The notes beneath the pieces were generated by a model. The model was not told the DNA's origin. It worked only from the letters and a program-made list of their open reading frames with translations, and did not search any database. Positions 40,471 to 49,552 of a DNA stretch of 64,000 bases are shown piece after piece. Position numbers and translations under genes: made by a program. Source of the DNA: Candidatus Latescibacterota bacterium (GTDB lineage: Bacteria > Latescibacterota > UBA2968); NCBI GenBank assembly GCA_965222605.1, contig OZ244960.1, positions 1,920,001-1,984,000 of the forward strand, read 5' to 3'. Numbering within the stretch: the stretch's first letter is position 1; each line of letters opens with the position of its first letter.

Positions 40471-40599
40471 GGATATTTGATTTTGCTACAAACATAGACA
40501 GAAATTTATAAGCTGTCAACCACCGACAAGCGTTATATCCTGATACAAACCATAACCCCATTCTAACACCATCTGGCATTCGTATTGCAGGTTTTGAAA
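40471..40599 (-). promoter_or_regulatory. Sigma70 promoter module, copy B
   Basis: Minus-strand TTGACA-N17-TATGTT; homologous to 37066-37193. Confidence 0.7.
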
Positions 40600-40614
40600 G
40601 CAGAATGCGATCAT

Positions 40615-41820
40615 TCAAATGGCGCCGTCGCTTCGGAGTTTCTCAATCTCTGGTATTGAATATCCGAGATATTCGCCCAGAATCGGCTCGTTGTGTTCTC
40701 CCAGTGAAGGCCCGCGCCGGGGTTCAACCGATCCGCCGCCGACCTCTATGGGACTCGCCACCACCCGGACGGCTCCGAACTCCGGATGCGGCAACTCCAG
40801 TATCATCTTGTTCTCGGCCACGTGCGGGTCGGCAAAGGCCTGCTCAACCGTATTCACGGGCGCGCAGGGCACCTTGCCCTTGAGCAGCGCCAGCCAATCG
40901 GCGGTTGTCTTCTTGCGGAAGAGGTCCTTCAGTATCGAAACCAGAATGTCCCGATTCTCCAGGCGATCCGCAAAAGAGCAGAACCGGGAATCTTCCGCCA
41001 GTTCCGGCACCCCCAGAATGCGTACCAGATTTCGAAAGAACTTCTCCTTTGCGCACATTATCACGAGCCATCCGTCCCTGGTCGGCACCACCTGCGACGG
41101 GATCTGTGACGGATGAGAAGAATCGGGCGTCCGATGCGCCTGATACCCTTTGGTCAGGAACCACGCCGCCACATATCCCAGATTCGCCAGTGCCGTGTCG
41201 AACAGATTCACGTCCACGTCGCACCCCAGGCCCGTCTGTCTGGCGCGGAAGATCGCGCTGACCATGCCCAGGGACGCCATTGCGCCCGCGCCGAGATCCA
41301 CGAGGGAAAGTCCTGTTTTCGTCGGTGGACCGTCGGGCTCGCCCGTAAGACTCATCCATCCGGCATATCCCTGCATCAGATAATCGTATCCCGGTTCGCC
41401 CGCTCGAGACCCCTGCCGTCCGAACGCGGAAAGTGAGCAGCATACAATTGAAGCCTTGACCGCACCCAGCGCCGGATAGTCCAGACCCAGCCGGGCCGGA
41501 AGGTCTCCGCGCAGATTGTTGAACACCCCATCCGAAATCCCCACCAGCCGATGCAACACCTCCCTCCCTCCCGGATGCCGCAAATTCAGCGTCATACTCT
41601 TCTTGTTCCGGTTGAAACTCTGGAAATACACGCTGTCCTGTTCAGCGGTATAGGGTGGCACGTAACGCGCGACGTCGCCACCAGTCTCGGGATTCTCGAC
41701 TTTGATGATTTCCGCCCCAAGATCCGCCAACATCATCGTTGCCCATGGCCCCGCCCCGAACTGCTCCACCGAGACAATCCTTATTCCATTCAGGGGTGGG
41801 TGTTGGTGTTGATCGTGCAA
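40615..41820 (-). CDS. Class III CoA-transferase (CaiB/BaiF)
   Basis: AGPWATMMLADLGAEIIKVE, NRNKKS, GYDYLMQ. Confidence 0.93.
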   Translation of the reverse strand: MHDQHQHPPLNGIRIVSVEQFGAGPWATMMLADLGAEIIKVENPETGGDVARYVPPYTAEQDSVYFQSFNRNKKSMTLNLRHPGGREVLHRLVGISDGVFNNLRGDLPARLGLDYPALGAVKASIVCCSLSAFGRQGSRAGEPGYDYLMQGYAGWMSLTGEPDGPPTKTGLSLVDLGAGAMASLGMVSAIFRARQTGLGCDVDVNLFDTALANLGYVAAWFLTKGYQAHRTPDSSHPSQIPSQVVPTRDGWLVIMCAKEKFFRNLVRILGVPELAEDSRFCSFADRLENRDILVSILKDLFRKKTTADWLALLKGKVPCAPVNTVEQAFADPHVAENKMILELPHPEFGAVRVVASPIEVGGGSVEPRRGPSLGEHNEPILGEYLGYSIPEIEKLRSDGAI

Positions 41821-41838
41821 GTAACCCTCTCTTCTTCT

Positions 41839-42714
41839 TTAATCGGCCTGCCGGTCATTGCGCTCTTCCTCGAGACGATCCAGGATCCATCGAGCCCGTT
41901 CCAGAACCGGCCTATCTACCATCCGGCCATCCACGGTCGCCGGGCCTTCGTCCGCCCGCCGTTCAAAAGCTTCAACAATTCGCCGGGCCCATCTCTCTTC
42001 GACCTCCGTGGGACTGAAGATTTCATTCACCGCCCCAACCTGACCCGGATGGATCACGGCTTTTCCAGCAAACCCCAGATCCCGGGCCTGCCGCGCCTCC
42101 ACGGCCAGTCCGTCAGGATCGTTTATGTCCGTAAATACCTTGTCTATAGCCCGGATTTGTCCGCTTGCCGCAGCCACCGCCAGCGCCGATCGGGCGTAGT
42201 TGACCAATCCCTGTCCCAGGTGCGAAAAGAGGCCCAGATCCAGCGCGAAATCCTCCGCGCCGAACATGAGCCCCACCAGCCTGGGTGTGACGGATGCGAT
42301 CGCAGGAGCCTGAACCAGGCCCCGGGCGCTCTCAATGGTTGCCAGAAGCCTGACGCCTCCGGATGGAATACCCGCTCTGGTCTCGTGCCGGTCCAGCCAC
42401 CGGCACATCTGAAGCACATCCTCCGGTCCCTGCACTTTGGGCAACACGAGTCCCTGCAGCCCCGCACGCGCGATCACTTGCAGATCGGCGTCCAATTCGG
42501 AGGATCCGGCATCGTGAACTCTAACGAATCGCGTTGAGCCGCCACGCACGCTGTCCAGCGCGGTAGCGACACGACTGCGCGCAACGTCCTTCTCAGCCTC
42601 CGGGACGCCGTCCTCCAAATCGAATATCAGAACATCCGCCGGCAGGCCCAGGGCCTTGTCGATCATCGGCTGCCGGTGCCCCGGCACAAAAAGCCAGGAC
42701 CGCATCGACTTCAC
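41839..42714 (-). CDS. CitE-family CoA-ester lyase
   Basis: RSWLFVPG, DLEDGV, IESARG, FGAEDF, GKAVIHPGQV, GRMVD. Confidence 0.92.
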   Translation of the reverse strand: MKSMRSWLFVPGHRQPMIDKALGLPADVLIFDLEDGVPEAEKDVARSRVATALDSVRGGSTRFVRVHDAGSSELDADLQVIARAGLQGLVLPKVQGPEDVLQMCRWLDRHETRAGIPSGGVRLLATIESARGLVQAPAIASVTPRLVGLMFGAEDFALDLGLFSHLGQGLVNYARSALAVAAASGQIRAIDKVFTDINDPDGLAVEARQARDLGFAGKAVIHPGQVGAVNEIFSPTEVEERWARRIVEAFERRADEGPATVDGRMVDRPVLERARWILDRLEEERNDRQAD

Positions 42715-43241
42715 CCGTCTTTCTCCTCGTGAATTTCGGGAAAGGCATCCTCCGACGGCGCGTGCGCCCTCTTATAGATCATCGCGCTGCGAGTCAGATC
42801 TATGACGACGCGGCCGTGCTGATTCACTCCCCGTGTGCGCACCTTCACGATGCCCGCTTCCGGAAACGACTTCGACTCCCGCCTGGCGAGCACCTCCGTC
42901 TCGCAATAGAGCGTATCTCCCACAAATACCGGGTTCGGAAGCCGGATCTCGCTCCAACCCAGATTCGCCATCGCCTTCTCGCTCACGTCCGGGACACTCA
43001 TTCCCACGACCAGCGCGAGCGTAAACGTGCTGTTCACCAGGATCTTTCCCCACCGCGTCCGGCGGGCGTACTCCTCGTCAAAGTGAAGCGGATTGGTATT
43101 CAGGGTCAGGTGCGTGAACAGCTGGTTGTCAGTCGTCGTCACCGTCCGCCCGAACCGGCTTCGGAAGACTTCGCCCACCTCGAAATCCTCATAGCATCTC
43201 CCGGTCCAGCCCGGTATCACTTTTTTCTCTGTTTTCTCCAT
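42711..43241 (-). CDS. MaoC-family dehydratase
   Basis: GRCYEDF, RTVTTTDN, NTNPLHFD, PVFVGDTL. Confidence 0.92.
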   Translation of the reverse strand: MEKTEKKVIPGWTGRCYEDFEVGEVFRSRFGRTVTTTDNQLFTHLTLNTNPLHFDEEYARRTRWGKILVNSTFTLALVVGMSVPDVSEKAMANLGWSEIRLPNPVFVGDTLYCETEVLARRESKSFPEAGIVKVRTRGVNQHGRVVIDLTRSAMIYKRAHAPSEDAFPEIHEEKDG

Positions 43242-43273
43242 ACCAGATCCCTTTGCGTCAATAACGCCCTAAT

Positions 43274-44747
43274 GTGATTACTCCCAACGCTAAATCAGTT
43301 GGGCTTCTTGGCGATCAAACCGCCTGACTTTGTAATCCCAAAGTCAAAATGTTTATCGCAGCATTGTGGTCTCTGTCTGTGGTATAGCCACACTTTTTGC
43401 AACAATGCACACGCTGAGAGAGTGTTTTCTTCTCACGGTATCCGCAAGCAGAGCACGCTTGAGATGTGTATGCAGGGTTTACGGCCTTGAATCCAATACC
43501 AGCTTCTTCCGCTTTGTATTCGAGACAATGCCGAAACAGGGACCACGCTACGTCTCCAATCGACTTGGCCAATCGCCTGTTCTTTTGCATACTTTGTGGT
43601 TCAAGTTTCTCGACTGCTACGAACCCATGACGATTGACTACTCTTCTTGCTTGCTGGTGGGCAAAGTTGTGGCGTCTGTTTCTGATGCGCTCGTGAATTC
43701 TCGCAACAACTTTGCGCGCCTTCTCACGTTTTTTGGGCAACGCTTTCTTAACCTTGTCCCACTTGCGTTGCGCTCTCTTGAGTGCCTTTTCTTCCTGCCT
43801 GAAAAACCGAGGGTTAGACACACGCTTACCAGCACTGGTAACAGCAAATGCGTTCAGCCCAACATCAATCCCAACAGCGGTGTCAGGATGATTGGGAGAC
43901 CGCACAGGGTCGCCAATATCACAACTGATAGACGCATACCATTTGCCTGTTGCTGTCCGCGTGATGGTGCAGGTCTTAGGGACACCTTCAAGGCAACGAT
44001 GCTGAACAATGCGTATGCAACCAATTTTGCCCAACCGCAAGCCCTTGTCGTCCAATCGGCATCCGTTGGAGAATTGCGGATAGGTGAGCGAATCGTAGCG
44101 GTTCATACCCTTATATCGTGGAAAACCCGCTTTCTCGCCCGTCTTTGCCTTTGATTTGAGACGGCGAAAGAAGCCATCAAACGCTTTGTCAACACGCACA
44201 GCCACTTGTTGCAAGACCTGACTATATATTTGCTTAAGCGCAGGACGTTGTTGTTTCATCAAGGGGAGTATTTTAATCTGATCGTAGCAAGACAAAGACT
44301 TTTGCTCGCTCTTCCACGCCTGAACACGGGCACATACCAACTGGTTGTAGAGTAGTCGGCATTCTTCAATATGCCCTTGCAGTATCGCAGCTTGCTTTTT
44401 GGTTAGACGCAAGCGATATTTGAAATTTCTGACCATTGCAATCACCAAAGAGAAAGCCCGTCATGGTTGTCACCTCAAAAGCATAGATTTTAAGACCAAA
44501 ACGGGTCAAGTCCAAGGTGACAGTTACAAGATACATTTTTTGGGGTGCGAAGGGCAAGTGGAATTAGCGGATGAATCTTGTTGATGCACCGCCCAAATCG
44601 CCGCTTTGCGATGTGCCCCAACGCTAAAGCACTACCCCATAAGCATGTCCCTGCGAAAGCAGGGATTCGTAAGCCCTTGCAAAACAACGCTCGCTAACTT
44701 GCGTCTGCTTCCCAGCGCTAAAGCCGATGGGTTGTACGGGCTATCTG
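43274..44747 (-). mobile_element. IS200/IS605-family tnpB-only element 2
   Basis: Left end CAGATAGCCCGTA after TTAT; right end ...GGGAGTAATCAC; ends homologous to element 1. Confidence 0.85.
43315..44436 (-). CDS. tnpB: RNA-guided endonuclease TnpB
   Basis: GIDVG, VEKL, CSACG..CKKCG, DRDHNAAINI; paralog of 35546-36670. Confidence 0.95.
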   Translation of the reverse strand: MVRNFKYRLRLTKKQAAILQGHIEECRLLYNQLVCARVQAWKSEQKSLSCYDQIKILPLMKQQRPALKQIYSQVLQQVAVRVDKAFDGFFRRLKSKAKTGEKAGFPRYKGMNRYDSLTYPQFSNGCRLDDKGLRLGKIGCIRIVQHRCLEGVPKTCTITRTATGKWYASISCDIGDPVRSPNHPDTAVGIDVGLNAFAVTSAGKRVSNPRFFRQEEKALKRAQRKWDKVKKALPKKREKARKVVARIHERIRNRRHNFAHQQARRVVNRHGFVAVEKLEPQSMQKNRRLAKSIGDVAWSLFRHCLEYKAEEAGIGFKAVNPAYTSQACSACGYREKKTLSQRVHCCKKCGYTTDRDHNAAINILTLGLQSQAV

Positions 44748-44899
44748 ATAATATTTGCTTCAATCCGATGTCCAGCGCTTTCGAACGCGAAAGGATGTCT
44801 CTTGCGAAACGGACTTACGCGCTGTGCGGATGGCTTTGGCTTATGTCTTTTTGCATATGGAATGGCGTCAAAGAAACGGCTTGTCGCGTCCCTTGTGCT

Positions 44900-44939
44900 G
44901 TCATTGCGGCATGGTTTTAGTCGCAATCCAGTTGGTTTT
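44900..44939 (-). repeat. GTCATTGCGGC-type palindromic repeat
   Basis: GTCATTGCGGCATGGTTTTAGTCGCAATCCAGTTGGTTTT, reverse orientation relative to the 15728 copy. Confidence 0.75.
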
Positions 44940-45009
44940 TCCCGACTTTCCATTATCTTACAAAACTCATAGATAGTGACTTAATCCGCCATCAAGATGG
45001 AGTTGATCA

Positions 45010-47610
45010 TTGAAACGTCCACCAATGCAAGAACAAACAAGTGACCGGCCCGCCTGGGGAAAGTACGAGTCGCCGCATTGCTACCATCGCCTTGAACATC
45101 ATTGTGCCGATGTTGCCGCCTGCTTCGAGATACTTCTTCAGGAACCGATCTTGCGCCGCCGATTTGAACGGGTATTGGGAAACATCAGCCTCTGTGCTGT
45201 AACAGAAGCGCGATTGACAGCCATAGCATTCCTGCACGATTTCGGAAAGTTGAATGCCGGCTTTCAGTTCAAGGTTCGCGACCGAAGCGAACTACCGACT
45301 GCCCCGCCACAGAGCAAAGGTCATGTTGTAGAAGCTTTCTTCTGCTGCCAGCAAGACCACATGTGCAAAGCACTCGGGTTCTACGACATGGCGGCCTGGG
45401 GTGAGGGCTTAGAACCATTGCTAATAGCCGCACTCGCCCATCACGGGCGTCCAGCGCAGCCTCCCCATAGCGGGTCTGGCCCTCCGGAAATCTGGTCGCC
45501 TTTCGCTGGCTACGATCCAGCCAAAGCCGCTTCACTCCTCCACAATCGTATTCGCGAGTGGTTTCCGGCCGCGTTTAATCAAGGACCACCGTTGCCCGAT
45601 TCACCTACGCTTGTACATCTCTTCGCTGGGGTTGTTGCCCTTGCGGATCAAGTTGGCTCCGCGGAGGAGTTTTTTTCTTTTGAACCCGATCCCGACCCGG
45701 AATACATCATTCGTGCGCGCAAAAAGGCACGAGAGGTATTGGGAGTACGAGGTCTGCGCCGCGCCAGTCATCAAGCGTGTCCTGAGCAGGCTAATTTCCA
45801 GACCATGTTCGGTCACTCGTCGCCTCGCCCCTTGCAACAAGCTGTTGCTGACGCGCCACTCGACCGTCCGCTTTTGATCCTGGAAAGCGAGACAGGTTCC
45901 GGCAAAACAGAGGCGGCGGTGATGCGGTTCGCTGCATTGTGGCGGGCGGAGATCGTTGATGGGCTTTACTTCGCAGTGCCAACCCGCGCGGCGGCAAAGC
46001 AACTGCATGGTCGCATCTCAAAGGCGTTAGAAAGCCTGTTGCCATGGACCCCAACAGTGCTTGCTGTACCTGGCTACTATCGTGCCGACGAGGTGGAAGG
46101 GCAATATATCGGCAACTTCGAGGTCTTCTGGGAGGACGAACCTGATGAGGAGGAGCGTGCCGCCCGTTGGTCGGCGGAGAGCACGCGCCATTACCTGAGT
46201 TCCACAGCGGCGGTAGGCACCGTAGATCAGGCACTCCTCGGTGCTCTCAAGGTCAAATGGGCACACCTTCGCGGCGCGTCCCTTGCCCGTAGCCTGCTCG
46301 TGGTGGATGAAGTGCATGCCAGCGATTCTTACATGACGCGGCTGCTACACACCCTTCTGCGTGGACATCTCGATCTCGGAGGTCATGCACTCCTCATGTC
46401 TGCAACTCTGGGGGCAACTGCCCGCACAACATTTACTGGATCTTCAATTCGCGATCTACCTGCACCCGATGAAGCGGAGCAAGCCCCGTATCCCGCACTC
46501 ACATTGGCAGGCAATGGCACACCTGATATCTGCCCAATCGGACACACCGAGCAAAGTAAGGCAGTCTCCATGCGGGTAGAGGCATGGATGTCTGACCCGG
46601 CACAGATCGCCCGATTTGCATACTCACAAGCACGCGAAGGTGCCAAGGTACTGATCATTCGCAACACCGTTGCCACAGCGCAGGAGGTCTTCGAAAATCT
46701 ACTTGACCAAGATGGCGGTGAACTGGCCCTGACGGTGGAGGGTATCCCGACGCTACACCATAGCCGATTCGCCGTAGAGGATCGCAGACTGCTTGATGAC
46801 GCTGTAGAACTCGTGCTGGGAAAAGGTGACAGACCACGCAATGGGCAGGTGGTCATTGGTACTCAAACCCTCGAACAGTCGCTGGATATTGATGCCGATA
46901 TAATGATTTCCGATCTATGCCCCGTGGATGTCCTCCTGCAACGGATCGGACGTCTGCATCGGCACGCAGACACGGTGCGTCCTCGCAGATTCTCCACACC
47001 GAATTGTATTGTACTCACACCTGAGGACGGATTGGAAGTCGGGCTGGGAGGTGACCTCTTGCGTCATGGGCTTGGTATATCCGAGAACGGAGGCATCTAC
47101 CGCAACCTGCTCGCAGTGGAACAGACGCGAAGCCTAATTGTCGATCACGCTGTTTGGCGCATTCCCGACATGAACCGAATGCTGGTGGAACAGGGAACCC
47201 ATCCGGAAGTGCTTCGCGAACGAGCCAATGTGCTCGGCGATACCTGGTTGACCCACGAACAGCAGACCTGGGGGTTAGCGGCTGCAGAAGACCAGGTCGC
47301 TAGACGCCACGAGCTTGATCGACAGGAATTGTTCGATGAGCAGAAATTTCCTGATCTGGATGAAAAGGTACGTACACGGTTGGGAGAGGATGGGCCGCGA
47401 ATCAACCTCGATCAAGCGATATCAGGTCCGTTTGACAAACCTGTGAAAACTTTCAATCTACCAGCCTTCTTTTTCAAACAAATCCCCACGAAAGATGAAA
47501 TTGAACAAGCGCGTGCTGAACAGATAGCTGGTGACTTGACACTGCATGTAGGAACACAGGCGTTTCTATACGACCGGACGGGTATCCGGCCAATGGAGGC
47601 AGGGGAATAG
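45010..47610 (+). CDS. cas3: Type I-E Cas3 HD nuclease-helicase
   Basis: LEHHCADV, LHDFGK, HHG, ETGSGKTE, DEVH, MSAT, QRIGRLHRH. Confidence 0.95.
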   Translation: MKRPPMQEQTSDRPAWGKYESPHCYHRLEHHCADVAACFEILLQEPILRRRFERVLGNISLCAVTEARLTAIAFLHDFGKLNAGFQFKVRDRSELPTAPPQSKGHVVEAFFCCQQDHMCKALGFYDMAAWGEGLEPLLIAALAHHGRPAQPPHSGSGPPEIWSPFAGYDPAKAASLLHNRIREWFPAAFNQGPPLPDSPTLVHLFAGVVALADQVGSAEEFFSFEPDPDPEYIIRARKKAREVLGVRGLRRASHQACPEQANFQTMFGHSSPRPLQQAVADAPLDRPLLILESETGSGKTEAAVMRFAALWRAEIVDGLYFAVPTRAAAKQLHGRISKALESLLPWTPTVLAVPGYYRADEVEGQYIGNFEVFWEDEPDEEERAARWSAESTRHYLSSTAAVGTVDQALLGALKVKWAHLRGASLARSLLVVDEVHASDSYMTRLLHTLLRGHLDLGGHALLMSATLGATARTTFTGSSIRDLPAPDEAEQAPYPALTLAGNGTPDICPIGHTEQSKAVSMRVEAWMSDPAQIARFAYSQAREGAKVLIIRNTVATAQEVFENLLDQDGGELALTVEGIPTLHHSRFAVEDRRLLDDAVELVLGKGDRPRNGQVVIGTQTLEQSLDIDADIMISDLCPVDVLLQRIGRLHRHADTVRPRRFSTPNCIVLTPEDGLEVGLGGDLLRHGLGISENGGIYRNLLAVEQTRSLIVDHAVWRIPDMNRMLVEQGTHPEVLRERANVLGDTWLTHEQQTWGLAAAEDQVARRHELDRQELFDEQKFPDLDEKVRTRLGEDGPRINLDQAISGPFDKPVKTFNLPAFFFKQIPTKDEIEQARAEQIAGDLTLHVGTQAFLYDRTGIRPMEAGE

Positions 47611-47661
47611 TATATGGCAAGCCTCGGGCTTAACCTGAGTGAATCAAAAAAATTTATTTTT

Positions 47662-47694
47662 AACTTGCGCGGCGCAGCACAGATTATGTATATT
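47662..47694 (+). promoter_or_regulatory. Predicted cascade-operon promoter containing PAM and crRNA-like target
   Basis: AT-rich tract, AAC, -35 TTGCGC, N18, -10 TATATT; 47665-47680 matches the mini-array spacer. Confidence 0.75.
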
Positions 47695-47723
47695 TGACCT
47701 TCCATCACCCAAGGAGGCCAAAT

Positions 47724-47975
47724 ATGAAACGACAGGGATCCCTCGTTATTGAACGAGAACGCATTACTGAACGCATCAGTTTCCAAATAGAGATTTGGGA
47801 AGACGATCACAGATTTCATCCCGCAGAAAAACAGCCAAACTCAGGATCCGCATCCTCCGACTCATCGGAGATAGTCCATTGCGAGGCGCAGCACCAGCAC
47901 AAGGACTCTCGTTTCCCCGCCCAAGCGGGGTTTCTACCACTCCCGAGCAGAAGTCATAACAGGCGAACACCATGA
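47724..47975 (+). CDS. Putative 83-aa leader ORF spanning the mini-array, coupled to cas8e
   Basis: Strong AAGGAGG SD 6 nt before ATG; its TGA overlaps the cas8e ATG (ATGA). Confidence 0.5.
   Translation: MKRQGSLVIERERITERISFQIEIWEDDHRFHPAEKQPNSGSASSDSSEIVHCEAQHQHKDSRFPAQAGFLPLPSRSHNRRTP
47850..47937 (+). ncRNA. CRISPR-like regulatory RNA (CreR/CreA-like mini-array: pseudo-repeat, spacer, pseudo-repeat)
   Basis: Pseudo-repeats 47850-47877 and 47910-47937 keep the 6-bp stem and 4-nt loop through compensatory changes; spacer matches the upstream promoter. Confidence 0.85.
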
Positions 47976-49552
47976 ACCTTCTCACTGACAGATTGATTCG
48001 CACTCGCTTAACCGATGGCGAAATCGAAATACAATCTTTACCAGAAGTGTACGCGACGATGGCACAGGACCGCGTAGCGGCCTTTCCCGCACTTCGCCCC
48101 CACCAACGCCATGCATGGCATGCATTTTTAGCGCAACTGGCAACAATCGCCAGGCACCGGACAGACACAAGTCTGCCGCCGCAGACATCGGCAGACTGGC
48201 AAGCTCTGCTCCGCGGCCTGACATCAGAGTATGCTAACGATGAACCCTGGTGCCTAATTGTGGAGGATCCGACGAAGCCCGCGTTCATGCAGTGTCCGTC
48301 ACCCAATGGCCTCAACGACTATCGCGGTCGTGTTACGACACCCGACGATCTCGATGTCTTGGTCACGTCCAAGAACCACGATGTAAAACGGACCATTGCA
48401 CACGGGGGAGCACCTGAAGACTGGATATTCGCGTTGATTGACCTTCAGACCATGGCTGGCTTTCTCGGTTCTGGGAATTACGGCATCGCCCGTATGAACG
48501 GCGGTTTCTCGGCACGTCCTTGCCTGGGCCTGATTCCCTCAAAGGGTTTTGCCGGCGCGCATCTATTCCACGATGTCCAGCGCATGATAGCGGGACGCGA
48601 TCAATTGTTGGAGGACTATGGCAATTACTACGCTCCAGCAGATGGACTGGCCTTGTTGTGGATAGAACCATGGAGCGGCACCGAGCAAGCAGACCTGCGA
48701 ATCCTTGACCCCCACTTTATCGAAATCTGTCGGCGCGTGCGGCTGCGATCAGAAGGCGACCAACTCATCGCGTGGACAGCATCTTCAAAGCGTGCGCGGA
48801 TCAATGCAAAGGCTGCAAAGGGAAATCTCGGCGATTTCTGGACGCCCGTAGAGAATAAAGAGAGCAAAGCCCTGTCTTTGTCTTCAGTGGGATTTCCTTA
48901 CAAACGGCTGGTCGAATTACTCTTTAACAATGAGACATATAAAAAGCCTCCGTCAATGCGGGTGAATAGTGGCACCGGCGACCAGTGGCAATTGGTTGCC
49001 CGTGGTATCGCCGGCGGTCAGGGCAAAACAGAAGGCTATCACGAACGAACCGACATTGCCTTTGCTAACAAAACAGCTTCAGGTTTTTTTAGGACCGCTG
49101 AAAGTAATAAACTGGCCGAAATCGCGCAGGCACAGATAGAAGAGATAACCGAAGTGACAGGTGCGCTGCGATTCGGCATTGCCATCGCAGCGAGTGGAGG
49201 AAAAGAGCCAGGCGACCTCACCAAGTCTGACCGAGCGCACGCCACATCCTTTGCAAAACGACTCGAAGTGGTGGCGGATACAGAGTTCTTCGCGATGCTG
49301 CAGGATCGTTTCCTTGCCGAGGATGATGCCACGGCTGCACGCCATCGCGCCAAATTCGCACGTCTTTTAATTAATTCAGCGCGAACACTACTCAACGAGG
49401 CAATAGACAGCGTACCGTGCGCGTCCATTCGCCGTCACCGGGCGAGAGCGAGAGCGACCAGTGCTTTTGAGGGCAAAGTGCGCGGAGAGAAGAGTATCTT
49501 CAGTGATCAGCCCGAGATATTCAATACCAAGGAGACAAATAATGTCGGTTAA
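47972..49552 (+). CDS. cas8e: Type I-E large subunit Cas8e (Cse1/CasA)
   Basis: MNLLTD..I, LRPHQRHAWHAFLAQL, PAFMQ; position in the operon. Confidence 0.85.
   Translation: MNLLTDRLIRTRLTDGEIEIQSLPEVYATMAQDRVAAFPALRPHQRHAWHAFLAQLATIARHRTDTSLPPQTSADWQALLRGLTSEYANDEPWCLIVEDPTKPAFMQCPSPNGLNDYRGRVTTPDDLDVLVTSKNHDVKRTIAHGGAPEDWIFALIDLQTMAGFLGSGNYGIARMNGGFSARPCLGLIPSKGFAGAHLFHDVQRMIAGRDQLLEDYGNYYAPADGLALLWIEPWSGTEQADLRILDPHFIEICRRVRLRSEGDQLIAWTASSKRARINAKAAKGNLGDFWTPVENKESKALSLSSVGFPYKRLVELLFNNETYKKPPSMRVNSGTGDQWQLVARGIAGGQGKTEGYHERTDIAFANKTASGFFRTAESNKLAEIAQAQIEEITEVTGALRFGIAIAASGGKEPGDLTKSDRAHATSFAKRLEVVADTEFFAMLQDRFLAEDDATAARHRAKFARLLINSARTLLNEAIDSVPCASIRRHRARARATSAFEGKVRGEKSIFSDQPEIFNTKETNNVG

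Noticed and set aside
35408-40599. Repeated flanks as integron attC sites
   Set aside because: No RYYYAAC/GTTRRRY-bounded attC structure and no intI; they are promoter and terminator modules, reported separately
35546-44436. TnpB genes near a CRISPR array as Cas12f-like effectors or dead TldR regulators
   Set aside because: Both have intact RuvC residues, clear IS ends and guides derived from flanking DNA; the array has type I-E repeats and a full Cascade
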